A stretch of 64,000 nucleotides of DNA from Phoronis australis (taxonomy: Eukaryota > Animalia > Phoronida): positions 353,655-417,654 of the forward strand of contig NMRA01000106.1 of NCBI GenBank assembly GCA_002633005.1, written 5' to 3'. Position numbers and translations under genes: made by a program. The notes under the pieces were generated by a model. It saw only the letters and a list, made by a program, of their open reading frames with translations, made no database searches and had not been told where the DNA came from. Position 1 is the first letter of the stretch, and every line of letters starts with the position of its first letter. This document shows, one piece after another, positions 40,609 to 53,848 of the stretch.

Positions 40609-41775
40609 AATAGGCCTTTTGCGAGTTTATAACAATAACGCAACATTATGTGAGATTTAACTGTGACGTCACGGGAAGTGGGGCAAAAGCTTGTCGTTTG
40701 GTCATTTGCCCAATACGGTAGCAGATTGTATTCTGTTATTGTCTTCGAGTTTTTAGCCGTTTAGTTCGAAAAATGACCAAAAAGCATTGCTGCTATGGCA
40801 AATGAAATTCAGATTCGCACTACAATACGTTCTATCGCGTTCTGTACTAATTTCGTCCCGTGTATTTTAAACGGGCGGTAGGAGAAATCCGCTCACTGAT
40901 CAAGTTTTCACCTCGTCAAAAATAGATTCTACACCTAAAATTACCACCTAAAAGGCTCTTACTTTCTTCAGTGACTCTTTCTGCTTCTAAACATATCTTC
41001 GATGAAGCATACTACGGGAATTCAGGTGACTTTGGGGAAGAATTCCAACTCCACTTTGTGGTTACTGTTAACTTTGTCCGCGCGCGCGATAACCACAACT
41101 GAGTCAGGTGAGTATGAGGCAAAGGCTACCGCGAGACTGAGCGAAGCGCGAGATCTGGCGCGTGACCTGGCGTGTGACACTTGCAAAATAGCATGAGAAA
41201 ATATCAAGTGAAATTTGTAAGATTTGTGTCCCTTGGACTTTTTGTTCGTCACAGGCGTGATTTCACGCAACTTCCTCAAAATGGCGGCCAGTGAGAGAAA
41301 CTCGAGAGAACCGCGAGGTTTTCATGGATATGCTCAAGTTATTTGTAGACCGTAGACTAAATTGTGTCCAGAGTCAGGGTATGTGTTAATTATAACTTCA
41401 TGTGCACATATGCATGTTTCATTTGATTTTATTTGCTGTATTTTGAAGTGAATATCTTTTTATGGGGATACACTATCGCCCCTGTATGCCTGCGGCATTC
41501 AGGCCTAGAGCGGGTTAAGTTCTAATTTCAGTCCGTTCACAGCTTCGCACAACATAACAAGTTGACATTTTCTTCGTCCATTCACAGTTATTCCACGATC
41601 CATCTACCACATCTTAAGTTGTTTTTACGTTTTAAGCTTACAATTCACCATAAGAACTCCAGTAAGTTTTAGCGTGTGTAGCAAAGACTCGGGGCAAAAC
41701 AAGAGCAATATGGCGGGTTTTGCCCCTTTTCGGTGACGTCACAGTGAATAACGAGAAACTCGCAAGTGAGCTATT
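40609..41775 (+). mobile_element. Non-autonomous DNA transposon remnant (Harbinger/ISL2EU-like) with decayed THAP start
   Basis: Inverted ends aataggccttttgcgagttt / aaactcgcaagtgagctatt and subterminal ctgtgacgtcac..ggggcaaaa / ttttgcccc..gtgacgtcacag. ATG at 40773 reads MTKKHCCYGK*NSDSHY. Confidence 0.65.
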
Positions 41776-41867
41776 ACGTCATCCGATATAGCCACCCCCA
41801 CTTATTTCAGCCTTGAGCTGTGTATGGTCACATAGGCGGCGAACCATAGGGAGCTGGGGAGCTATAT

Positions 41868-42306
41868 AGCACATTCCTAGTGGTCCAGTGTTGACTTCCT
41901 AGCACGATTCCAAATACCCTTCAAACAAGGGAAAATTGTAAAAAGTCTGACTGGTAATGACAAACTTTTACCTGAATTTCTGGAATCTTGAGTGAAAGAG
42001 TATTCGGATTATAGTCTCCTCTTTGTACAGGGGCAGTCGGGAATTTGATATTCTTCAGAAAAAAGGTAAATTCGCACTTTCTGGTCATTTTTGGCCTCTC
42101 AATTTTTTCCGATGGACGTAGCAAGGTAAAAATACAAGGCTTTGTTGCATATCGTCACATTACAGTAGCCCTATAGAGAGTATTTTCTGCCAGTTATGCC
42201 TTTTTCAGGTGTCTAAGACAGGTATGCAAGGGCTTTTGACCCAGGCCAGTGATAAGGTCCAAATAAGCAACTCGAACTGGGGTCTTAGTTGTAACTACTA
42301 GCTACT
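41868..42306 (+). repeat. ~440-bp dispersed repeat, copy A
   Basis: High-identity reverse complement of 49584-50019. Confidence 0.9.
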
Positions 42307-45300
42307 CCCACTTATTTCAGGGCTGCGCCGCCCATCTACTGTCGGTCGTAGCTGGTCCCTTTATCTCAAGTTCAAACAACTGACCTCGTTCTATTACTAC
42401 TGGTCTTTGAGACAATGTGTGAGAACCAGTAGCCAGAATTACTGATTCGGTTCTTACGAAACACGTTAGAAAAATCACATTTGCAATGTTAGTCTAAATA
42501 CGCGCAAAACTCGAAGCATATCGGAACCAATTTGACCATGGTGGTAATGCGCATAGGTGGCACTGAATAGTTAGGGTGCGGCCGCGGCCAATTTGCACTG
42601 CCAAAATATAGAAATTTTGAGGTAGGCCAAGTTTGGGGGCATTTTGTAGGTGGGCATTGCACGTAGGCTCAGTGAATGTGGTTTGTTTGTATTTGTGAAC
42701 ATGCTGTGAATAAAAAAGGCCACTTTCTTGGCTGTAGCTGCACTCTTCTTCAAGATGGCGGCCCCAGGCTGCAATTGTGCATTGTTGGGTAGCGACCGAG
42801 AAATTGGCTGTGATTTTAGGTAGCCCTCAAACAAGCAAGAATTGCCAAAAAACTAGTTGGTTGACAGTACTTTTGGACCACATTTTCGGAATTGGTAGGA
42901 AATTTGCTTTCAGACTCTAATGTTGGCTTTAGTCGTGCATCGGCAGGGAAGTGGTGTTTTTCGGGTGCAAAGTGCCGATTTTGCATTTTTTGCCCTTATT
43001 TTTCTTACTCTAGCTTGGTTTTCAGTGGGAATGAAATGGTCAAAAATACAAGAAAGAAAAAAGTTTCTGTGCTCATCTGCTGGGCTTTTTATGTGAAATA
43101 ATCGAAAACATGCCATTCTTTGCATCCTGTTTTTGACAGAGTGAAGAAAAGGTTACAAATCAAGTGATGTGTGTTTTGCTGGGCAAAACCCAGTGAGAAC
43201 TGTTCTGTGCCTCCATAACTAAATAAAGCCACTCACATGAGGCGCAATATTTTTATTAAAGTCGCATATACAACGCATTAGATTAAACGTAAGAATGATG
43301 TATCAGTATGATGGATGCAACATGTATAAAAAGGATCGTGGTTGGACCCTATTACCGACTGGATATAAACACAGAAAAACTCATTCGTAACGTGTTAAAA
43401 ACAAAACAGATTGCCTTAACTTCGGTTGTTGTGGGGCGATTTTGGTGATTCAAAAACTAACCACGATCACTATTTTGACGAGGAATTCAGAATTGTTCTT
43501 TGCTTATGTTCAAACAGTATTTTACTTGTTTTTTTTTTTAACAGCACAGTCCAGTCAGGCAAGCAATTATCGAATAAAACAGAGCTGCCTCTTCGACCAT
43601 AAATGCATGTACCACAATAGGCTAATCGCAAGATACTGCCTTATTCGTTTGTTATCCAATCGAACGGATGGGAGCATTTGATTACGAATTGTTAATAACG
43701 GGTGACTGGCTGGGAATTAGGCCGGCGACTTTACTTATCAGGCATTAGTAATCCATGTAATGAAATGCCCATTTTGTTAGCAATAATCCCGTAATTTCTA
43801 CTTTAAGGGATAGTGAAATCTTTTCGCAGCGTTTTCTACTCTATAAGTGAAAGATGGGTAACCATCTAGATCAAACAGTAATGATGACTTCGTCAAAAGT
43901 GGCAAGTTGAGGCAATTTGCTGAAAAAGTGCACTTAAGCATGTTCAACAAGCATTGCAACACATGTTATCATCTTCAAACGTCCGCCATTACGATGTGTT
44001 ATTGATCAAGTAGAGGTGTCAACTGTAAGTACGCGTTTGTTGGCTTGGCGCACACTTCTTCATAGTTTTAAATGGACATTCTCAGCGAGAAACATGCAGT
44101 AATTTTAATAAGTGGAAGGACGGAATTCAAGCCATTAGCTCCGCAGTAGTAGCCGAACGCGCTAAATAACAAACTGTTTTGAGTGTGTTTACATGGTAGC
44201 CATGGTTATCGATTTCCGCCAAAGTCTGGCAGACCGCCGCACAAATTAGCGATTTCAAAACAAATGCGCAAATGCTTTCGTTGGTCAAATCTAATAACAC
44301 CAAGAAGTCTATCATATCCAACAATAATCACAAAAATACGGTTTTCAGCCATAAAACCGGCAAAGTCCCTTTGACACACGTTGGAGTTTTACCCCGACAG
44401 GGCACCTTGACCCATCCTTCCTGATTCATGTTGTTTCATTGCTGGCGTTTTCTTCGTTACAGTTTCCTCTCACGTCAAGGGTTCCTGCAAGTGTTTTTTC
44501 ACCAGCTGCCAAACTCTAATCCTAAAGGCTGCTACGTTTCCTATTCATCTGGAGGTACATTCCATTGGAAAAGTACCACCTGTGGGATCTTTCGCTATCG
44601 ACAAATAGTCCGTCACAGCTTGAGTTTCGTGTGCACAGGTAGTAAGATAATATTGAAACTTGTCAAACTGTCAATTTAATTAATGTCACTGGGATTGTTT
44701 AAGTCAACTGAATAAGCACGCTTGACTTGCTACAGATCAATATTTACGCTGTATTGTCTACGTTACATCAGTGGATGACATGCGGCGGGTTCATTAAGCA
44801 AAATGCCTATGAGCCCATTTCCGGCGACCTTGACAACCATAGAAAAGAAGCAATGTTAGCTTGCGTTATTTCACGACTAGATTCTTGTGACCTTCGCAAA
44901 AATTGTTTTTGAGACATTCCACACTCACTGCCATTGTAAGAAACGGGTAAGTAATAGCCATAATCTAAATTCTTTCACAGTAGTCAGGACCAATTTGACT
45001 TTTCTATTTACTATCTGATAATGCTATGGTAGCTACAGTGTAATTGTTTTGTCAATTACTGGGTGTCAGTTTTCGCTTTGATGTGAACTTGGTTTAATTT
45101 GTAAACATCAATGTCAAACGCTTGACTCACTTCATAACAAACTGCTGTGTTGAGTCAGGAATTATGGTAAACAGTGAAGCAACGGAGAGTGAGGTGTAAG
45201 GACAAACAAAAGATAATGCAATACATATTCTTTATATGAAAGTAAAACTGTACATGTGAATAAGAGTCTGCTACAAGGCGTGATTTTGACCTTGCTTTTA

Positions 45301-46496
45301 AATAAAATTTCGCAACTTTTTTGTTGTTGTGTTTTTGAAAACCACAGTTCTGCCCTAGAGCAAGCATTAATAAGTGAGACATTTATTCGTTATTCCATAT
45401 CCTTCGAGAATCCGTAAACAGCTAACGCAATATGTGAAGAAAGCACTAATTCCGTCTGCCTAATCACCACTTGACTGGGAACAAGACGTGATGCCCAAAA
45501 GCACCGAGCGGCCAGTTTGCTAGAATTAGGCCTTTTAGTTTTGCAGCAACGAAGCGTTTTAAATCTTGATGACAACGCCGAGACCAAACGCTGGTACATG
45601 TGAATTAAAGCTTAGGCACAACACTGCGGATATTGATTGTTGTTCACTTTTGAGTAAAAATGTATGATAATCTTAGAAGGATTAATGTCTTATTAGGGAT
45701 TTGAAATTATCAAGAGAAAAGACAAGTAGAGCCTGAATCACAAATGGGCTAAAAGTAATCGTTCGGAATTTAATTTCATTTCCCATTTTCGACTGTCATC
45801 AAAAAGTGTATAGGACGAGTAACAGGGAGTCATGGATGTAGCGTCAGTAGTACAATTCAAGAAATGAACAACATTGGAATATTTAGTAGGCCTACTATTC
45901 ACAGTCCCGCTCCAGACAAGAACCTAAAACAAAAAAGCTGCTGGCATGCCATTTGGAAGCCACGGATTTTTCTTCGGAAACTGCTTGAGTTCTTTTTGTG
46001 CCATTTCCAATCCGCCTGGGAGCTATTTCTGTGTCTAGTAAAGTTTAAATGATTTGTATGGTGAAAACGGAGTGTTAGACGCCTGCTTGGAAAAGTCTTT
46101 TCGTTGTCTTGGCCTATTGTGCATACAGAAGAGTTTAAAAATGTAAGTTTAAGCAAGTTTAAATCAACGCATCACTGATCACCATCATGTACATTCTTCA
46201 GTGACGACAGTTTTAATATCAATACTAATATAGATTATTGAATATGAGAAGGTGGAAAATTAACGTACACAGCCACGACGTGACAGGCATACAACGGACC
46301 ACTGTGACGCATGACAAGAAGTGTTTCAGAATGGGAATCATTTTGCTTATTATTCACATTACGTTGGTGCAACACGCTAACGGGAATAATCAATGTTTGT
46401 GTCGTCGCTGACGGAGATGATGTTACCGTCAAACACACGTGGTAACCGAGTGGATGACCTCTAGACGAACCAGAAAGAGAGTTGGTTTGTAATTAC

Positions 46497-46554
46497 GCAC
46501 GTTTGGCGTCTTCCCTGATTTAGCACGTTTCGCGTCTTCCCTGATTTAGCACGT
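46497..46554. repeat. 26-bp tandem duplication
   Basis: gcacgttt(g/c)gcgtcttccctgattta twice plus gcacgt. Confidence 0.85.
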
Positions 46555-47669
46555 CCACGCGCAGGTCGATGACCTTGAAATTTCAAAAATATTATTGTAA
46601 AGATTGATTAAGAGTTGTTCAAAACGCAGACACTTAGAAAAAATTGGTCGGTAAACAGACACAGTCGCTCCACAGCAACTGTTGGACTAACTGGCTTCCA
46701 TTTTTCTCATTAGCGAGTCAGAGACAATCTTTTATTCCATCTCAAAATGACTTTTTGGATTTCTTTTCGGCCCATTGATTTTACCCTATGAGACAACATT
46801 TGTCTTTAAAGAGTGCTCTCATAACGTTTGTATACTTTGTACTCAGATACCAACTTTTCTTAATCTCGTAAAATGATCACTTCAGGTTTACAAACACGTA
46901 CTTTAGTATTTAAATTCCAAATTAGATGAGAAATATATTTGTACTAACATGGAAAGAAATCTTAAACGTTACAAGCCTCATCACATTGTGACTGGCTTAA
47001 CTGATACCTGCCAATATCAGAAGTACCGTGTGGTAAATCAATTTCACAGTGGCAGTTTTGAAACTGATTTTACTTGCGTAATTCAAAATGAATCACTGTG
47101 ATTTTTGCATTGTCACTTCGTTGAAAGAAATTTAAGTTACTCCTATTAAATTCCATGAATGCCCATTTAATGTATAACTGAGATGTTATAAGTGAAAACG
47201 TGACACTTTCTTGGGGGTTCACCAGGCTTAATGCTTTTGTACATCAATTTTCTTTTTCAATTACACATGTTGAATTTCAACTGTACATTAAATTTATTTC
47301 AGCTTGTTCCTTACATACAGGTGTAGGTGACAGGTGATTTTTGGGCTTGACAAAATAAGATACCTCATTATAAGTTGAGAACAGGCGAGACAAGCAGCCT
47401 TGTCTTACTCAAACGCAATTATTACTTACACACAATCAACTTGTCTATCATGTTCTAATCTGTATAGATAAGTAGCATCCCTGTATTTATTTTGTCTAAG
47501 GTGTCGGGGCTATTTATTTATTCGCTTATTTATTGAAGTACTTACTCTACTCGCATGTGAAATGTACGAATAGTAAAAAGTAATTACTGTCTCACTGTTG
47601 TATTGTTTAGTTGTTTTAAATTTTTAAATTGTTGATCCTCAATGAAGCGGCTTTTGCTTTTGAGGATAA

Positions 47670-47710
47670 ACACACACACACACACACACACNNNNNNNNN
47701 NNNNNNNNNN

Positions 47711-47765
<55 letters not shown>

Positions 47766-47843
47766 ACATCCACACACGCACACGCACATGCACGCACAAA
47801 CAAACACACACACACACGCACGCACACACATACACATACACAT
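47670..47843. repeat. (CA)n microsatellite spanning an assembly gap (N 47692-47710)
   Basis: Directly visible. Confidence 0.97.
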
Positions 47844-47952
47844 ATCAGTATAGTTGGGAAGCCGCCCTTCGTTAACACAAAGTTCGTTGAAAACGTGACT
47901 AAACTTTTTGTTAGACAGCTTGGTACAGAGTCGCTCGTAGAGTCAAAACAAT

Positions 47953-48064
47953 CTCCTTTCTTCAGGTGTGCAGCTATGTAGCAAAACACCGAGAGACATA
48001 ACAAACAACCAAATTAAAACACTAGCTATATTTTGCTACATAGTTGCACATCTGAAGAAAGGAG
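47953..48064. repeat. Inverted repeat with 34-bp arms containing CTGAAGA
   Basis: ctcctttcttcaggtgtgcagctatgtagcaaaa / ttttgctacatagttgcacatctgaagaaaggag. Confidence 0.8.
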
Positions 48065-49583
48065 CAACAATGTATCAAGTTTAGTCGTGCTTTCAAAGAT
48101 ATACACACTTATAAATATAATTATAATTTTATCGTACTTCATCAATTGTTAATAAACGTATTACCCCTCTCTTTATTCACTATTCAAAAGCAAGAAAGAG
48201 AAACATTCCAATTTTTCAAAAATCACCTAAAGCTGAGAAAAATTTAGCGTCCAGCAGTTTTGCAGATAAAGAGGAAGATGATATAAATTCACCTACCATC
48301 CACATTTCGACGCCTAACTTTCCTTTAGATCACTTATTCATATATAATTGGTCTCGGCATGTTCCTTTACTCCACATGGGAACTGTTTTTTTGGGGTTTG
48401 AAAAGTATGTTATTCCTTGAGACCACGCTCAGTGAATAAAATAACCCGCCGTGATAAGCCAACTTACAGAGTCTGGTCTCAAGCAAAACAATCTGTCGGT
48501 TCTTTCAAAACCACTGGGCTCCGTTTCAAGAATAGTGATTTAAGACTTGAGTCAGGTTTCTACTCTTACGCTCCTACTTCGCTATTGCTGAATAAAGATT
48601 GTTTCAATAGTTACTTACTTGTAGTTAACATTTTAGCAAAAAGGGGTTGAACTTATTTAAGTAACGGCCAACTACAAATGTATTAGTAACTTTTTTCTTA
48701 GAGATTACATGTATGTACTCTGCTGAATCAAAATTGAATTATATTTTAGAAATACGACACACCGAATTTTTAAAGTCACTTTTGTGAGCCAGTGTCTGAA
48801 ATCACGTCACTTAGGCAAATTGTCCTGATATCACAGTATTTTTTCAACTCTACATTAACACGTTTACATTTGTTCTCGTAAAGAGATGTGGCTTGACACT
48901 CAATACGTTTGTTAGACTCATCGAATATACTCGGAATAGTGTGTATGACACTTAAAGACTGGATCATAATAAATTGACTAATATATGTTATGAATGTAAA
49001 CAAGTCGCCTGAAGTGCGACCTCTTCATATCTTAATTGCCACTTTATCAGTGACGGTATCCGTGATTGCGAAGGTTTACATGTTTGCAAGAACATCCACA
49101 ATAAGATAAATCGCGTCATGTCGGTATTAATCATAGGTGTACCTGTTTATTGCCTGCCTTGTCTTTATACATGTACCTGGAATTCCATTTTATAACCACT
49201 TGTTATGTGTGTTTGACATGTGATTGAGTTCAAATGATAGAAAACAACAGATGTGTGAAGTTTTTGGAGAATACGAAGTTACATGTACTGTACTGTAGAC
49301 GATCACAAGTTATGGCATGACGCATGAACTTTGACATTGGTATTTTCGTAGAGAAAGTGGGCAGGAATCAACTACAACCTGGAAGCAAACTCACAACATC
49401 ATGTGCTTTGGCGACGGACCTAAAACCGTTTCAAAGACAAGGGATTTTTTTGTTTCTGTGATAATTACTTCGTTCAAATAAATCGTCTGTCGCATCTGAA
49501 AATAATTCTAATCCCAAAAATACGTTTTTCGGCCGTAACTCGATTATGTCCCCTTGACAAATGAATGCAATATCTGTACTTCC

Positions 49584-50019
49584 AGTAGCTATTAGTTACA
49601 ACTAAGACCACAATTTGAGTTGCTTATTTGGACCTTATCACTGGCCTGCGTCAAAAGCCCTTGCATACCTGTCTTAGACACCTGAAAAAGGCATAACTGG
49701 CAGAAAGTACACTCTATGGGGTTACTGTAATGTGACGATATGCAACAAAGCCTTGTATTTTTACCTTGCTACGTCCATCAGAAAACAGTGAGAGGCCAAA
49801 AATTATCAAAAAGTGCGAATTTGCCTTTTTTCTGAAGAATATCAAATTCCCGACTGCCCCTGTACAAAGAGGAGACTATAATCCGAATGCTCTTTCACTC
49901 AAAATTCCAGAAATTCAGGTAAAAGCAGGTCATTACTAGTCAGAGTTTTTACAATTTTCACTTGTTTGAAGGGTATTTGGAATCGTGCTAGGAAGTCAAC
50001 ACTGGACCAGGAATGTGCT
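49584..50019 (-). repeat. ~440-bp dispersed repeat, copy B (inverted relative to copy A)
   Basis: Shared blocks such as gtgttgacttcctagcacgattccaaatacccttcaaac and gtctaagacaggtatgcaagggcttttgac. Confidence 0.9.
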
Positions 50020-53000
50020 CTCAAAATGGCGGCACTTCGGTATCCTAGTAGACACTAGAGAGCAGAGGCCAAATTTCTGAACTCTGAGTTTACCCAAAAC
50101 AACTTCAAGGAACTACTGAATTTTCCATTTGTGGCAATCACGTGCCATTTAGTCCACAAAACTGACCCACACTCTTTCTTTATTTTTGCAGGAGACCTAC
50201 AAAAGCCTGAACCGAGGCCTTGGACCCTATCTGTTTCCTTTTAGTCCATTGGCACGTTTTACTCTACCCGGCCACGTAACTGTTTTTAACTGTATGATCG
50301 TTGTAAAAATAACCAAAATAGATAACTTAGATTTCGGTTTTCAAGTACCCGTTGATCACGTGTTTTGGTAACTCCTTGATCCATGATAGACAATAATTGG
50401 GTTCGCAAGTCATGATGCCAGACAAAGGAGCACGGAAATGCCTAAGACGAACTAAATCGTGTTCAGAGGTTTCAATTTTTGGATTATCTGCGCGTAAGCC
50501 TGTTTGTTACTTGTTAGAGCTAGACGATGTTTTATAGCCCAGGGGCATATATATGGGATCGGTAAATCAGTGCCGCACTATGGCTTAGTTACGTCACGAC
50601 AGCACCGAATAATTCCTAACCTATGTTCGAAACCCATATATGACAGCTCACGGCATTCATGAGTGGTACCAATCAAAGTTCCGATCTCCAAGATTATGGT
50701 CACGACAGAGCTAATGCCCTGAATGCAAACGCTACCGAGTCTTTCAATAAATTTTCAAATTTGAGACATGGTGTGAGCTGGTCCGACGGGATCAGAGTAC
50801 AAAATCTGAACTGTCTCAACATGCAATATGAACTCAGCATTTAAATTTATTATTTTCATATTCCATGAATCTTTCCGTCTTCATTACTAAATTTAGCGAT
50901 TTTTCAGCGCATCATTTGCCAAATGTGCGTGTGAGTTGTTCGCGACTTGACACTGGCAGGTTTTCCTTTCAAAGAGTAAAAGTCGCGGACTGTGCCGAGA
51001 AGTACGAGTTTGTGATCTGCTTTCAAATCAAAAATGTCACATGTCATACCTTGTCAACTCGCAAAATGTCGCAAATGTAATAGTCTAATGAGGATTGTCA
51101 CTTGCAGAAAATACAAACACGTTGATTTGAACAGCAACATGAATGATGCTAACAACATACCCTCGGTGGCATACATGTGTACCAAGCAGGTTTTTAGGCC
51201 CCATCAGACAAAAATGAGTACTGCAGACCTTGGTGAATGGTGTTATCAACCAGCATGTTTTGTCAGTGAGACTCCGTTTGTGTCTACACAATGCTGTTAA
51301 ATGGATGAAGACTAAGCCGCATAACATCTTTACGCAGCAATAGACCCGCCTTCCATTACAAAAACAACGTTTGATTCACACCACACACCGGAGGTGGTAG
51401 TTTAACCTAGTGCTCTAAGTGCCCGCTTTCTTTACTCAAGTTAGTGGGTTCGAATCCTACTGGGACAGACTACTAAACCCTTGAATCAGGTTTCTAGCTC
51501 CTCAGCTCGGTCTTAAATACATATTTATAAAGCATAGACCTAATAATGGTTCCAGGTGATCAGTGCAATGGGCCTACATGCGCGGCCTGCACACGACTGG
51601 TACAACGTGTATCAGACCGCCTTGAAGTAGGGCCTATAGCAAAATGTCTTAACAAACCCTGACGCCATTTCTCGCCTGAGTAAGGAACAAGTTGAGACCA
51701 ATTTTATAGCGGTAAGTGCTTGGTCTAAATCAAATTCTCTTTTCGGACGGAAGACGTGGTTTATATCCGCTTCAAGTGTTTTCCGACCCAGCAAACTTGG
51801 AGCCAGAGTTGCAGCAATACAATCGGACCACCTGCAAAGGAACTCTGCGCAATGCAAAGTTGCTGCAAGGGCAAGATTTATTAAACAACCTAACTGGGGT
51901 CTTGACTGTTGCTGGTGTTGCTGATATCGAGGCTACATGTATGATTCACGTAGATCGTGAGAGGGAAGACGTCCCCTATATTAGGATATCTCGGGTGGTC
52001 CGATGGGAACTTCAAGAGCCAACCTGTTGTGACAATAAGACGCCGGTGCACGTTTTCAGTGCAAAATCCTCACCGGGTTGTGCTCGCTACACTGTACAGC
52101 GACCCGCACTTGACAATGGTGAATGGTTTGACCAAGTCACAGTTGATACACTTTTCTGGAGCTTTTGCATGGCCAAAATTTGAGGATGCTAAGACCAACA
52201 GTTAGCTTGCTACGGAGTACGCTTAAAATCGGTCTACAACGCTTCCATAGAGGTCGTTTCGTAAAGGCAGTGCTCTCACAAAACGTAGCATCACGTAGCC
52301 TTTGCAAGATATTGTCATGCAGTACAGACATATTACGTGATCACACTATATTTACTCGCGAGATTCTTGAGTCTACGGAACTCAACAACCTTACATCATC
52401 ACGGAGCACATGGTTGTCCTTATTTTAATAAGGAGTTCTTTAAAGAACGTTCTTTGCTCGTGAATACACTTCTTCTTTTACGAGCTGCAATTATTTCTCA
52501 TAAGCCGCTATTTTGATCTTGCGGAAAGAACTCTTCTCGCACTAACCACACACGTTCTCACTTCGGTGAACAGACACATTTGACACGTCGTTCCAAGCAC
52601 CTTCTAAAGAGTGGCGGACATCTGCAACGAACCCGTGTCTCCTGTCGGTGGTGAAACAGCATGCTTCCTGATTCGCCATTAATGATAAAAGTCCTACATC
52701 CCGCAAGAGCAATTGCGGTAATGAGAAAAGGACGCTTGTACGCGTGCTATTCGTTCTGGTCGCCAGGGGAGAGGGCGGGCGACAGCGTGGATGTTTAAAA
52801 GCGTATTGTATTCTAAAACCGTTTTGATGTGGTGACAATATTTCAACATCGGTTCTAAAATCAATTGATATATTTACACCAAACTCTAGCCTTTAATTAG
52901 CCTGTCTATATTGGGACGCCGTTTCTGTCGGTCACTCCCCCAGCCATCCCCAAGTGTTACAAAGACCTTAGAAGAACGAGCACGTTTGAACGGTGCAATC

Positions 53001-53038
53001 ATTGCAGTCAAAGATGAACAATTTTTTCTCCTTTTTCT

Positions 53039-53116
53039 TGGAATAAACTGGGATTGAATTAGGGACCTTTAGATTTTCAGTCCAGTACTCTAACGATTAT
53101 CTCCCCTGAGTATTCC
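53039..53116 (-). pseudogene. tRNA-Phe(GAA)-derived pseudogene
   Basis: Minus strand ...TGGACTGAAAATCTAAAGGTCCCTAATTCAATCCCAG closely follows the eukaryotic tRNA-Phe anticodon and T arms. GGAATA/TATTCC could pair as an acceptor stem. The D arm and B box are damaged. Confidence 0.6.
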
Positions 53117-53661
53117 ATTAACTTGGACGTAACTTTGTTATACTTAAATCTTCCGTAGGAGTGGGATGTGTCACTTGGATGCTTGGACGTCACCTACTGG
53201 TGAAGCTAACAGACAGGTGATCAAACTTGAGGTCAGCATCATTGAACCGCTGGACACGTTGTCAGTAAAAGTACTGATCTTGGCCTGGTGATCTTTTGCT
53301 AGCCCCTGTTCGTCCTTCAAATTAATTGGGAGCGTTTTATCAAAGGCCGCAATTTCAGTCTAGTTACTGTATAACGGCCGTAACTTCGACATTAAGATTC
53401 ACAGTTAGTTCAATTAGGCTTGTGACGGTAGTGGTTAAGTTTGAATACGAAAAAACCAGCAATTTTTTTCTCATTCCATTTGCAATAACGCCCCAGCCCT
53501 ACGATCCTCACGCACGAATACGATCTAGATTTCATTCAGGAAAGCCCAACACAAATGATTACACTGATATTTTAAAAAGAAAACAATATTTCTTGATGGA
53601 CACCAAATAAAGTTTTCATTTTAACAATGCATAAGGCCTACTTAAGTCGCTTTCCCGTTGC

Positions 53662-53848
53662 TTACACAGCATATACTGCCCTCTTTAGTCGAAGAGGTCT
53701 CACAACATAACCGTAAGTCTGCCCGTGTATCATATTCTGAGTACTTGTGTCCTGGTTGAAATCTCTAGTAAAATACTGCTTATCAAATGTTTCAAAAGCC
53801 TCTAGTTCCCTACTAACGTAATCCTTTGTCTTTTGTCGATTTCGCCTT
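53662..53848 (-). CDS. DSL gene last exon: cytoplasmic tail ending AVYAV*
   Basis: tttacag acceptor in phase 2, stop at 53662-53664. Confidence 0.7.

Noticed and set aside
47584-48004. CVCV and HTHT ORFs
   Set aside because: Translations of a (CA)n microsatellite with an N gap.
51395-51468. tRNA-like segment with GGGTTCGAATCC (also about 63045-63110)
   Set aside because: Only the B box is convincing and no full cloverleaf forms. Not called as functional tRNA genes.
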